A model generated the notes under the pieces. It did no database searches. It was not told where the DNA came from and worked only from the letters and a program-made list of their open reading frames with translations. Below are positions 1-17,194 of a stretch of 64,000 nt of DNA, in pieces. The translations under genes and the position numbers were made by a program. The stretch's first letter is position 1. Every line of letters starts with the position of its first letter. This DNA is from Balanoglossus misakiensis (lineage: Eukaryota; Animalia; Hemichordata), in assembly GCA_040954595.2 (NCBI GenBank), contig CM082594.2, positions 9,986,296-10,050,295 of the forward strand. Direction: 5' to 3'.

Positions 1-3000
1 GGAAAATGAAAATTTGGCCGATTTTTGAAAAAAACCATGGGTTATAGCTCAGGAAATCATCAAAAAATGACAATTTTTCGACTTTGCGGAAAATGAAAAT
101 TTGGCCGATTTTTGAAAAAAACCATGGGTTATAGCTCAGGAAATCATCAAAAAATGACAATTTTTCGACTTTGCGGAAAATCAAAATTTGGCCGATTTTT
201 GAAAAAAACCATGGGTTATAGCTCAGGAAATCATCAAAAAATGACAATTTTTCGACTTTGCGGAAAATGAAAATTTGGCCGATTTTTGAAAAAAACCATG
301 GGTTATAGCTCAGGAAATCATCAAAAAATGACAATTTTTCGACTTTGCGGAAAATCAAAATTTGGCCGATTTTTGAAAAAAACCATGGGTTATAGCTCAG
401 GAAATCATCAAAAAATGACAATTTTTCGACTTTGCGGAAAATCAAAATTTGGCCGATTTTTGAAAAAAACCATGGGTTATAGCTCAGGAAATCATCAAAA
501 AATGACAATTTTTCGACTTTGCGGAAAATCAAAATTTGGCCGATTTTTGAAAAAAACCATGGGTTATAGCTCAGGAAATCATCAAAAAATGACAATTTTT
601 CGACTTTGCGGAAAATCAAAATTTGGCCGATTTTTGAAAAAAACCATGGGTTATAGCTCAGGAAATCATCAAAAAATGACAATTTTTCGACTTTGCGGAA
701 AATCAAAATTTGGCCGATTTTTGAAAAAAAACATGGGTTATAGCTAAGGAAATCATCAAAAAATGACAATTTTTCGACTGTGCGGAAAATCAAAATTTGG
801 CCGATTTTTGAAAAAAACCATGGGTTATAGCTCAGGAAATCATCAAAAAATGACAATTTTTCGACTTTGCGGAAAATCAAAATTTGGCCGATTTTTGAAA
901 AAAACCATGGGTTATAGCTCAGGAAATCATCAAAAAATGACAATTTTTTGAATTTGCGGAAAATCAAAATTTGGCCGATTTTTGAAAAAAACCATGGGTT
1001 ATAGCTCAGGAAATCATCAAAAAATGACAATTTTTCGACTTTGCGGAAAATCAAAATTTGGCCGATTTTTGAAAAAAACCATGGGTTATAGCTCAGGAAA
1101 TCATCAAAAAATGACATTTTTTCGACTTTGCGGAAAATCAAAATTTGGCCGATTTTTGAAAAAAACCATGGGTTATAGCTCAGGAAATCATCAAAAAATG
1201 ACAATTTTTCGACTGTGCGGAAAATCAAATTTTGGCCGATTTTTGAAAAAAACCATGGGTTATAGCTCAGGAAATCATCAAAAAATGACAATTTTTCGAC
1301 TTTGCGGAAAATCAAAATTTGGCCGATTTTTGAAAAAAACCATGGGTTATAGCTCAGGAAATCATCAAAAAATGACAATTTTTCGACTTTGCGGAAAATC
1401 AAAATTTGGCCGATTTTTGAAAAAAACCATGGGTTATAGCTCAGGAAATCATCAAAAAATGACAATTTTTCGACTTTGCGGAAAATCAAAATTTGGCCGA
1501 TTTTTGAAAAAAACCATGGGTTATAGCTCAGGAAATCATCAAAAAATGACAATTTTTCGACTTTGCGGAAAATCAAAATTTGGCCGATTTTTGAAAAAAA
1601 CCATGGGTTATAGCTCAGGAAATCATCAAAAAATGACAATTTTTCGACTTTGCGGAAAATCAAAATTTGGCCGATTTTTGAAAAAAACCATGGGTTATAG
1701 CTCAGGAAATCATCAAAAAATGACAATTTTTCGACTTTGCGGAAAATGAAAATTTGGCCGATTTTTGAAAAAAACCATGGGTTATAGCTCAGGAAATCAT
1801 CAAAAAATGACAATTTTTCGACTTTGCGGAAAATGAAAATTTGGCCGATTTTTGAAAAAAACCATGGGTTATAGCTCAGGAAATCATCAAAAAATGACAA
1901 TTTTTCGACTTTGCGGAAAATCAAAATTTGGCCGATTTTTGAAAAAAACCATGGGTTATAGCTCAGGAAATCATCAAAAAATGACAATTTTTCGACTTTG
2001 CGGAAAATCAAAATTTGGCCGATTTTTGAAAAAAACCATGGGTTATAGCTCAGGAAATCATCAAAAAATGACAATTTTTCGACTTTGCGGAAAATCAAAA
2101 TTTGGCCGATTTTTGAAAAAAACCATGGGTTATAGCTCAGGAAATCATCAAAAAATGACAATTTTTCGACTTTGCGGAAAATCAAAATTTGGCCGATTTT
2201 TGAAAAAAACCTTGGGTTATAGCTCAGGAAATCATCAAAAAATGACAATTTTTCGACTTTGCGGAAAATGAAAATTTGGCCGATTTTTGAAAAAAACCAT
2301 GGGTTATAGCTCAGGAAATCATCAAAAAATGACAATTTTTCGACTTTGCGGAAAATCGAAATTTGGCCGATTTTTGAAAAAAACCATGGGTTATAGCTCA
2401 GGAAATCATCAAAAAATGACAATTTTTCGACTTTGCGGAAAATCGAAATTTGGCCGATTTTTGAAAAAAACCATGGGTTATAGCTCAGGAAATCATCAAA
2501 AAATGACAATTTTTCGACTGTGCGGAAAATCGAATTTTGGCCGATTTTTGAAAAAAACCATGGGTTATAGCTCAGGAAATCATCAAAAAATGACAATTTT
2601 TCGACTGTGCGGAAAATCAAAATTTGGCCGATTTTTGAAAAAAACCATGGGTTATAGCTCAGGAAATCATCAAAAAATGACAATTTTTCGACTTTGCGGA
2701 AAATCAAAATTTGGCCGATTTTTGAAAAAAACCATGGGTTATAGCTCAGGAAATCATCAAAAAATGACAATTTTTCGACTTTGCGGAAAATCAAAATTTG
2801 GCCGATTTTTGAAAAAAACCATGGGTTATAGCTCAGGAAATCATCAAAAAATGACAATTTTTCGACTTTGCGGAAAATCAAAATTTGGCCGATTTTTGAA
2901 AAAAACCATGGGTTATAGCTCAGGAAATCATCAAAAAATGACAATTTTTCGACTTTGCGGAAAATGAAAATTTGGCCGATTTTTGAAAAAAACCATGGGT

Positions 3001-6000
3001 TATAGCTCAGGAAATCATCAAAAAATGACAATTTTTCGACTTTGCGGAAAATGAAAATTTGGCCGATTTTTGAAAAAAACCATGGGTTATAGCTCAGGAA
3101 ATCATCAAAAAATGACAATTTTTCGACTTTGCGGAAAATCAAAATTTGGCCGATTTTTGAAAAAAACCATGGGTTATAGCTCAGGAAATCATCAAAAAAT
3201 GACAATTTTTCGACTTTGCGGAAAATCAAAATTTGGCCGATTTTTGAAAAAAACCATGGGTTATAGCTCAGGAAATCATCAAAAAATGACAATTTTTCGA
3301 CTTTGCGGAAAATCAAAATTTGGCCGATTTTTGAAAAAAACCATGGGTTATAGCTCAGGAAATCATCAAAAAATGACAATTTTTCGACTTTGCGGAAAAT
3401 CAAAATTTGGCCGATTTTTGAAAAAAACCATGGGTTATAGCTCAGGAAATCATCAAAAAATGACAATTTTTCGACTTTGCGGAAAATCAAAATTTGGCCG
3501 ATTTTTGAAAAAAACCATGGGTTATAGCTCAGGAAATCATCAAAAAATGACAATTTTTCGACTTTGCGGAAAATCAAAATTTGGCCGATTTTTGAAAAAA
3601 ACCATGGGTTATAGCTCAGGAAATCATCAAAAAATGACAATTTTTCGACTTTGCGGAAAATCAAAATTTGGCCGATTTTTGAAAAAAACCATGGGTTATA
3701 GCTCAGGAAATCATCAAAAAATGACAATTTTTCGACTTTGCGGAAAATCAAAATTTGGCCGATTTTTGAAAAAAACCATGGGTTATAGCTCAGGAAATCA
3801 TCAAAAAATGACAATTTTTCGACTTTGCGGAAAATCAAAATTTGGCCGATTTTTGAAAAAAACCATGGGTTATAGCTCAGGAAATCATCAAAAAATGACA
3901 ATTTTTCGACTTTGCGGAAAATCAAAATTTGGCCGATTTTTGAAAAAAACCATGGGTTATAGCTCAGGAAATCATCAAAAAATGACAATTTTTCGACTTT
4001 GCGGAAAATCAAAATTTGGCCGATTTTTGAAAAAAACCATGGGTTATAGCTCAGGAAATCATCAAAAAATGACAATTTTTCGACTTTGCGGAAAATGAAA
4101 ATTTGGCCGATTTTTGAAAAAAACCATGGGTTATAGCTCAGGAAATCATCAAAAAATGACAATTTTTCGACTTTGCGGAAAATGAAAATTTGGCCGATTT
4201 TTGAAAAAAACCATGGGTTATAGCTCAGGAAATCATCAAAAAATGACAATTTTTCGACTTTGCGGAAAATGAAAATTTGGCCGATTTTTGAAAAAAACCA
4301 TGGGTTATAGCTCAGGAAATCATCAAAAAATGACAATTTTTCGACTTTGCGGAAAATCAAAATTTGGCCGATTTTTGAAAAAAAACCATGGGTTATAGCT
4401 CAGGAAATCATCAAAAAATGACAATTTTTCGACTTTGCGGAAAATCAAAATTTGGCCGATTTTTGAAAAAAACCATGGGTTATAGCTCAGGAAATCATCA
4501 AAAAATGACAATTTTTCGACTTTGCGGAAAATCAAAATTTGGCCGATTTTTGAAAAAAACCATGGGTTATAGCTCAGGAAATCATCAAAAAATGACAATT
4601 TTTCGACTTTGCGGAAAATCAAAATTTGGCCGATTTTTGAAAAAAACCATGGGTTATAGCTCAGGAAATCATCAAAAAATGACAATTTTTCGACTTTGCG
4701 GAAAATCAAAATTTGGCCGATTTTTGAAAAAAACCATGGGTTATAGCTCAGGAAATCATCAAAAAATGACAATTTTTCGACTTTGCGGAAAATCAAAATT
4801 TGGCCGATTTTTGAAAAAAACCATGGGTTATAGCTCAGGAAATCATCAAAAAATGACAATTTTTCGACTTTGCGGAAAATGAAAATTTGGCCGATTTTTG
4901 AAAAAAACCATGGGTTATAGCTCAGGAAATCATCAAAAAATGACAATTTTTCGACTTTGCGGAAAATGAAAATTTGGCCGATTTTTGAAAAAAACCATGG
5001 GTTATAGCTCAGGAAATCATCAAAAAATGACAATTTTTCGACTTTGCGGAAAATGAAAATTTGGCCGATTTTTGAAAAAAACCATGGGTTATAGCTCAGG
5101 AAATCATCAAAAAATGACAATTTTTCGACTTTGCGGAAAATCAAAATTTGGCCGATTTTTGAAAAAAAACCATGGGTTATAGCTCAGGAAATCATCAAAA
5201 AATGACAATTTTTCGACTTTGCGGAAAATCAAAATTTGGCCGATTTTTGAAAAAAACCATGGGTTATAGCTCAGGAAATCATCAAAAAATGACAATTTTT
5301 CGACTTTGCGGAAAATCAAAATTTGGCCGATTTTTGAAAAAAACCATGGGTTATAGCTCAGGAAATCATCAAAAAATGACAATTTTTCGACTTTGCGGAA
5401 AATCAAAATTTGGCCGATTTTTGAAAAAAACCATGGGTTATAGCTCAGGAAATCATCAAAAAATGACAATTTTTCGACTTTGCGGAAAATCAAAATTTGG
5501 CCGATTTTTGAAAAAAACCATGGGTTATAGCTAAGGAAATCATCAAAAAATGACAATTTTTCGATTGTGCGGAAAATCAAAATTTGGCCGATTTTTGAAA
5601 AAAACCATGGGTTATAGCTCAGGAAATCATCAAAAAATGACAATTTTTCGACTTTGCGGAAAATCAAAATTTGGCCGATTTTTGAAAAAAACCATGGGTT
5701 ATAGCTCAGGAAATCATCAAAAAATGACAATTTTTCGACTTTGCGGAAAATCAAAATTTGGCCGATTTTTGAAAAAATCATGGGTTATAGCTCATGAAAA
5801 TCATCCAAAAATGAGAATTTTTCGACTTTGCGGAATTTCAAAATTTGGCCGATTTTTGAAAAAATCATGGGTTATAGCTCATGAAAATCATCCAAAAATG
5901 AGAATTTTTCGACTTTGCGGAATTTCAAAATTTGGCCGATTTTTGAAAAAATCATGGGTTATAGGTCATGAAAATCTTCAAAAATCGACGATTTTTCGAG

Positions 6001-6130
6001 TTTGCGAATTTTCAAAATTTCTTCGATTTTGAAAAAAAATCATGGGTTTTAGCTCATGATAATCATCCAAAAATGACAATTTTTCGACTTTGCGAATTTT
6101 GAAATTTTTTTCATTTTTTCAAAAAATCAT
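1..6130. repeat. Satellite DNA array, 87-bp monomer, about 70 copies, truncated at window start
   Basis: Seen directly. Monomer ggaaaatcaaaatttggccgatttttgaaaaaaaccatgggttatagctcaggaaatcatcaaaaaatgacaatttttcgactttgc repeats almost identically to about 5770. It is followed by 86-bp variants that decay until about 6130. Confidence 0.98.
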
Positions 6131-6415
6131 CAACTTTTGATGATAACGTTTATTTGGTCAATAAATTCACATTGGGTAAAATTCGATTTGTCGTTCTCGT
6201 CACTCACACCGTAAAAAGTATAAAAATGACACTGTGGAAGATTAATAGTGGTTTAGTTTACTTTGGACATTTAATATGCAAACACGGACAATAGTCGACA
6301 GGTACTGCAGTATACTGTCAACAATACACTGGAGCGCCAGTCACCACTCTCTCTTAACAGGTGATTTTTGCAGCACGAGAGTACGGCATTTCAGGCCCAG
6401 GAACACCAGCCAAGT

Positions 6416-9997
<3,582 letters not shown>

Positions 9998-10179
9998 TAC
10001 ACAGTCATATTCCGACTTAGTCTACACATATGCGCTGTACGTGTTTTTGAATGTCATCATACGCCAAACTTCCCAGTAGACTTGATCAAGTCTATTTGCT
10101 TATTATTTCATAATAAATAAATTTCAGAAAATTTTGTTTCGAGTCTGGTCAGGTGTATGGAGTGCGGAACGCGTAGCGC

Positions 10180-10864
10180 GACGCATGTTCCCACCGTCTC
10201 AGCCGATCCATGGGCCACGTGGAATAGAGCAGTCCATTTTGAGGACGTACCCTTCGTTTTTGGCTCCCACTTTAACGATGCACTGAATTCATCGATGACC
10301 GAGGAGGAAGTCACTTTGTCTCTTAGAATCATGAAATATTGGACAAACTTCGCCAAAACAGGGTATAGAAATTTTACATGCACGATTTTTTGTTTCAACT
10401 CGTGTGGTGGTGAGGATACATCAACAGTAAAAGAACCATTTTCCAAATCATTTTTTGTGTGTTACACGCTCTCCCATAATATTACTCTGTCAATTGTATT
10501 TTATTTAGTCATCCAAATTATATATTTCAGCAACCCCAACAATGACAGCGAGCATGAGGATCAATTCGTCGATGAAGATCACCCTGACTGGCCGTTATTT
10601 GAAGTAACAAGACTGGAGTCTAAAGACATTTCAGTAGCTATGGAAAACAAGCAAGGCGTAAAAGCCCGCGAGTGTGCGTTCTGGAATGACTTTCTTCCGA
10701 AATTCGCAGAACAGTCAGAAGAAGATAGAGATCGAGAAGAGGATGGAGATGGAGACACCGGTGGTGATCAGTGTGTCGGTGGAGCAGACTCTGGTCTGAT
10801 GGGGATGTCTTCATACATAAATTCGGTTACTTTACTGATCACGTGGTTCGCTCTCGCCATGTAA
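10180..10864 (+). pseudogene. Duplicated 3' fragment of the carboxylesterase gene (end of exon 6, intron 6, terminal exon)
   Basis: ORF 10157..10864 repeats THVPTVSADPW...WFALAM. It lacks the N-terminal two thirds, including the catalytic Ser. Confidence 0.75.
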
Positions 10865-11159
10865 TACACAGTCATATTCCGACTTAGTCTACACATATGC
10901 GCTGTACGTGTTTTTGAATGTCATCATACGCCAAACTTCCCAGTAGACTTGATCAAGTCTATTTGCTTATTATTTCATAATAAATAAATTTCAGAAAATT
11001 TTGTTTCGAGTCTGGTCAGGTGTATGGAGTGCGGAACGCGTAGCGTAGTACAAATAGCGAATTGCATTGTGGGTGTTTTACCCAGCTGAGTATAGCGCCA
11101 CCACATCCATATTGCAAATATCTTTTGTTTAAAGATCTTTATTGCATCATTCTCCACAA

Positions 11160-11576
11160 CAGACTAGCTACATCGCGATATTGCGAGACGAGACGTCGAC
11201 CGACGATAATTTAAGGGATTCTGTGGCCACTAAAGGTATTCCGAGAGAGATGCATGCATATATTATTCAAACGTGATTACTTTCCGATCCATTAACTTGT
11301 ATTCTCTTTTGCTTTGGTCGTCTGTCAGTGGCGGCCATTTTGAAAGTGACGTCGACGAGAGTACAAAAGGTTGAATCATCGACAACGGACCGTTTGATTG
11401 GTGGTGTGTGTTTGTCCACTTACGTGGTACCCAGCTGGGACATTCATAGTTCACACTCGATTTGAGGATCACACGCACTTTGTACACCTGACCCATGCTT
11501 TAGACGCGTGGCTACATAGCTTTGTACACTCTACGCTGTCTGTGTCTGCAGCGCAGCGGGTTGATCACCGGTCAAA
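11160..11576 (+). promoter_or_regulatory. CpG-rich putative promoter/5'UTR of the VPS4-like gene
   Basis: Local CpG enrichment, a YY1-type motif GGCGGCCATTTTG (11330-11342) and CRE-like TGACGTC (11347-11353) upstream of ATG 11577. Confidence 0.45.
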
Positions 11577-14500
11577 ATGAGTAAGGTGCAACAGTATCAA
11601 GGTAGGTTTCCTTTTTTTTTAAACAATCACCGATTTCATGTTCCGTTGCTTGCGCTGATGAGATGTCAATTACATGTACTGGTAATGCATGTAAAATATT
11701 TTGACCGTGTCGTCGCTGATCGGGTTATCCTCCTTTGAGAATACATTATTCAATGCGAAGATTCTAAATCAGTAAATGCTCATCGGTCTGAGGTTTTACC
11801 ACAAACAAGTAGGCGTAACCAACCTATATTTTTACATGTAGTGCAATGCATATACATGTATTTTTTTTATTTCATTACACTACTAATATAACGCCGATTT
11901 CTTTTTTATTTTCTGTTCCACACAGAGGCATCTGAATGGTAAGTGTTAACCATGATCTTTCTGTGTTTTTGAGAAAATAGTCATCCATGTTCATGCAGAA
12001 GTGAAACAGTACATTAGTAGTTTAATCACCACCATCGATTTGCAAAACTAGGACGGTCAGTTGGGGGATCTACAGCACAATTTATTGATATGTGGTTCAA
12101 CCATTGGGAAGGAAAACTAACTTTTCCATGGACTTTGAACTTATCTCATGAACTCATTCAGGACTTACCTTTGTTTACTTTAATCTGGAACTAAATATTA
12201 ACTCAGACATGGTAATGAAGTATCATTATGTAATTGTTAAAGCTCTTAGTAAACAAGGTCGTTGACTCCATGTGCAATTTTTCATGTGGCACAGAAACAA
12301 CAATTTTATGCTGGAGATGGTTTCGTTGGCAAATTAAAATTTGTCACCATTTGATTGCTATTATATTGGTTGAGTTTTCTAGATGGAGGTTGATAGTTTG
12401 TTTGTATTAAACATGGATTACTTTCAGTACATCTGCAGTTGAGAGAGAGAGAGAGAGAGAGAGAGTGTGTGTGTGTGTGTGTGTGAGAGAGAGATCATAA
12501 ACAAGCTTGTATCAGCCTTGACATGTATGATTTGCATACAATATAGGCTGGCTACAGCGGCCGAGGAATGCCGGAAGACTGCCAATGTAGATATTGAAGT
12601 ACTCATCAGAAATTGTGAAAACTGTGCAAAAATGATCGAAGGAATTCAACAAGTTGAAAATAACCCAGTCCGAAAGGTGAGTTGTCCATTTCTTATTCAA
12701 ATCTTGGGATTCATGGTCAGAAAAATTCATATTTTTCATTAACTCTTCTTGAATGTAATATCAAGGTAAAAATGCAGACATATTTAATCCTGACATGTGT
12801 CTGTGAAACGTGAACAATTCAAATATTTGTTCTGCTACATGCACATGTATGTACTTACTCTGTAATCTCACTAAACAAGGCCACACAACATCCAAGTCCC
12901 TTGAAATTCAATACACCACACTCTGCTGGTGCTTGGTGTACAATATATCAAGATTAGTTCAGAAATACTGAGGCTTATTTTAGTTGCCATGCAATAGAGC
13001 AACCTTCACATCTTGCAAAATCATGCAAATATTTAGGGGCGAGTCGTTGTGTGATGGCTTCATCATAGTCTGTTTAAAGCGTGGTGTACGTCTATGTCTG
13101 CCAATGTCGGATGAGAAGCAGGCTTTCTTTCTCACTGTTATTGATGACTATGATAAAAATAAATCCTATGGTGCAATCTAGGTGTGTGTGAAGTTAATTT
13201 TGGAAATTAATAAAGTACCAGTGTCCAGGAACCATCAACATGTGACCACTATATATTATGATGGAACAGGTGATCATTTTAAAGCCTGATATAAACCAAT
13301 AGTCAGATGGAGAACATGTTTTTGAAGCCTTAGATTTGTTTCTGATTGTCTGAGTAATTTCTCTTTTCTCTCTCTCTCTCTCTTATTCACAGGCTGCTCT
13401 TGAACAGCTAAGCATTACAATCTCCTGTCACTTAGAGATACTACTTGCTAAGAAACAACAATTAGACTCGTCTGAAGACACTTCTAGGAATTATGCTAGC
13501 TCTAGTGGTAAGTATGGCGTTGCAAATATTCGTCTGCAGAAGGATAAGAACCATATATGATTGACAGTGTAATAAATGCTGTGAAGATATCAAATGTGAG
13601 GTAATTTCCAGTCTTGATTCTTGTTACTAATTATTTTTTGAATTTGTGCCCGTGTTCAGGAAAGTCCAGGGACTCAGGGGGTGACACTCAAAAAGATAAA
13701 CTGAAATTAGCAATCCAGGAAACGATATTACAAAAAGGCCATGTGAAATTTGAAGATGTGGCAGGTCTGACCGAAGCCAAGCAAACACTAAAAGAGGCAA
13801 TCATTATGCCTGTACAATACCCACAATTATTTACAGGTAAGTGTTGACGGAAAGTATAGCTGTAATTGAATGTATGTCCGACACATTGTGCTGTACATCA
13901 TAATTAAATGTTTAACATTCCGCAAGGATAAAAAATGTAATGAAATCAATACATGTCCTTCCAATGAAATACATGTCCTTTGAAGTGTTTTAATGGCAAA
14001 ATATAAAAGAAATGAAACACCGATTTTTGAATGCAGACTTCTTGATAAAATTCTTTTCATTTCAGGAGGAAGGAAACCGTGGAAGAGAATCTTAGTGTAT
14101 GGTCCACCTGGTACGGGCAAATCGAGACTAGCTCAGGCCGTGTCGTCAGAAATCAACTCAACCTTTTACTGCGTGTCTAGTTCGGATCTGGTGTCCAGCT
14201 GGGTCGGAGAGAGTGAAAAGTGAGTATTTCAAATGAAGGGAGCGAGACTTGGCTGTGGGTGTGTTCGAGAGTGCTGAGAGTGACCTCAAAACTCATGTGG
14301 CTCTCCACGTGTTGTTTTTTTCACTGACTGACACGTCAGATAGTCTTTTCAAGATGATGAAATCCAGCCCTTTGAACAATGCAAATAGTGCTCGGAGGAA
14401 GGTCATCCCGATTTGAATAAATTTACATCTAGGGGTATTGACCAGTTGAGCAGTAAATAACCTGTTCAATGCAACTAGTGCAGTTTGTTTGGTACAGTAT

Positions 14501-15761
14501 TAGCTTCTATTTTCAAAGAAACCATGTTCACTATTGTTAAATTTATTTGGACCGTAAAAACACTTTGACTGGATGCATGTTTGGTTGTTGTCTGACTGGC
14601 TGGCTCTGTTAGTTACATTACGAAAATTCTGTTTTTTCACAGACTTATAAAAGAGCTATTCCAGCATGCCACTGAAAGGAAAGGCAGATCGGTGAGTTAT
14701 GATCTATCTCTGTCAGTTTTCAGAGAATGCTAAAAATAGAAGTTAAAAAAAGACAATATTTATATGCTGGTGAACGAAACAATATGAAGGCTGCATTGAG
14801 ATATTGAACATTGGAGTCTGTGCCAAACTGTTGAGGAGATTTTGTTTTGGAGATACTGATTGTCATTTGGACAATTTCAGGTCATCTTTATTGACGAAAT
14901 CGACAGTATATGTCGCAAGAGAAACTCGCGCGAAGAAGAACACACCCGACGAATCAAGACAGAGTTACTGAAACAGATGGAAGGGGCAGATAATGTTAAT
15001 AGCAGCGATGAAATCTTTCTGTTGTGTGCCACCAACTGTCCATGGGAGTTAGACAGTGCATTCCTCAGGAGATTTCAGAAGAGGATATATGTGCCTCTAC
15101 CTGATAGGTTAGCTCATTTGAATATTGAGTGTGAACACCTGTCAACACCAAAATAATATTAACAGTATCAGTGTCATAATGCAACCAACAAGTTATTCAT
15201 GCGGTATGCATTTTTTGCACAAGAATTCATAAGCATCACTATTTGATCATTTTACAGGGAGGCTAGGATATCACTGATGAAAATCCACACATCCAACAAC
15301 AACATTAGAACGCTGACGGACACAGACTGGCAGCTTCTGGCTGATAAGACAGAAGGCTATTCAGGAAGTGACATGGCTACTCTAACGTTGGCCGCATTAT
15401 TTCAGCCAATCCGGGACATGCAGGATGCAGAATTCTGGAAATCGATGACAGGTAAGAAAGATGCCAATCAAGTCATGGTTGTTTTCCCAGAAAGTCAAGT
15501 AAAATTTACATAGAATTATGGCACTAGTTCTATCACTCGTTTCATGTACTTTCAGATGGGAAATTCACACCCTGTGATAAGGACACACCGATGGCCATCA
15601 GGAAACGAATGCATGAATTGCCATCTGACAGAGTGAAAGCAAGAGACGTCCAAGTGAAGGATTTCCTGACGGCATTGAAAACCAACCACAGCACGGTCAC
15701 CAAAGCAGAACTGCAACAGTTCCAGGAGTTCACCAAAAGCTTTGGACAAAACGGAGAGTAA
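11577..15761 (+). CDS. VPS4-like AAA ATPase (divergent), about 429 aa; exons 11577-11601, 11926-11938, 12547-12676, 13393-13507, 13660-13836, 14066-14219, 14643-14691, 14881-15107, 15258-15451, 15556-15761
   Basis: [23 protein letters not shown], Walker [30 protein letters not shown], Walker [34 protein letters not shown] and TEGYSGSD. Also the Vps4 beta-domain FTPC and Vps4-type C-terminus [13 protein letters not shown]. The first three exons are less certain. Confidence 0.9.
12441..12494. repeat. Compound microsatellite (GA)n(GT)n(GA)n
   Basis: Seen directly in intron 2 of the VPS4-like gene. Confidence 0.95.
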
Positions 15762-17194
15762 AACGGTTAAACAGAAAAACATGTCCATGAACGATATGCC
15801 AATCTCAGAGTGACTGGAAAAAGCAGAACAAAAATTGCATTATAAATGAAAGTCACCAACTCACTGTCTCATATGAGGAAGTCACAACTACAATTATACC
15901 ACCACTCAAATTGAAATGAAATATGTAGTGACTTCAACTCTGCAACAACTCGAAAGCTAAATGTTGAACATCTCCAATACTGCTGGGTTTTTTTCCTGAT
16001 AATTTGCATCATGTCTAAAGCAGGTGTTTTCTTACTTCCATTTACATTTTCAAGCAAAATAATTGTAGCTTTCATAGATGTCTGATTGACTAGCCGTGTG
16101 ATTGATGTAAAAATGCCAAAAGTCCAGGATAATATAAAAGAAAACCTCAAACTTAAAATAAATAATAACAAGGTAAGCTCTAAATTGTCACTGATGAAAG
16201 ACTATAGTTTAAAAATATTACACTTCATTGTATAGCTCTGGGTAACACTAACAGAATGAGACATCGTGTAGACTGCATACGTGTAATTTCATTTAGATTT
16301 ATGATGATGAACTGTAAAATAAAACCTCTCTCTTGACACAGATTATAACTTGATAGTTGTGCAAAGTTCAGTTGTATTTGCATCGGGCTTGTTTGATTTA
16401 AGTTCCTGAGCAAACTGGCCCTGCTATGAAATGTTGACTGTTTACGTGTTACAGTACATTTACCTGGACAGGTAAACACGGCAGAATAAAAAAATTAAAG
16501 AACAGTTTTTGAATGTTTCTACCTTGCAGAAGTGGTCTGAACCAATCTTGTAAACATATTGGAAGTTCGGCTGAATTTGTCAAAAAGATTTAATAAAAAA
16601 AACTTACTTTAGAATCTGTGTCTTGTGTTTTGTCTTGAGTGAAATACAGAAATGTGGAGAAAATATATTACATTTGCCTCTCTGTTGATTTATGGATAAG
16701 TTGACAGTCACAACACAGATGTACACAACCAGAGACCTTGCACACACATGGAGATAGCAGCATTTCATATTGACAGACCGGGTGTGAATTATTACAGTCC
16801 CTGGATCATGAATAATAATAGAACTGGATGCCGCGCCAATGCAATTACACACACTTGTACCTCACTGCTTGGAAGGTCAAAATCTTGCCAACATCTTAAA
16901 TGACCAGCCCTTGTATGTATAACATATCTACAGCGGGAGTGAACATATAACCCTACGCATACACATTTGAATATATTTATTTATGATTCATTAAAAACGG
17001 TTCCACATCTTCTCACTGCCAATTAAAATTGACACAGAAATTACATGGCAGCATGCATGTTCACAAACTTTTTTTCACATAACTTATGAGGGCGCTATAC
17101 AACCACAGGTGGCTGCCATTAGAATGCAAATGCATTGAACTGAGAATACATTCGCAACAAGTTTAAATTGCTCCTAAATTCTGATATTTGACAC

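Noticed and set aside
286-6032. Long ORFs of 29-aa repeats on both strands
   Set aside because: They arise because the 87-bp monomer is a multiple of 3 and stop-free in some frames. They are broken by recurrent TGA variants and frameshifts, and there is no evidence of coding.
1-6130. CRISPR array
   Set aside because: There are no unique spacers, only head-to-tail monomers; the context is eukaryotic and no cas genes are present.
10157-10864. Independent second esterase gene
   Set aside because: It is a duplicated 3' fragment with no signal peptide or catalytic serine; its ATG comes from downstream non-coding sequence of copy 1.
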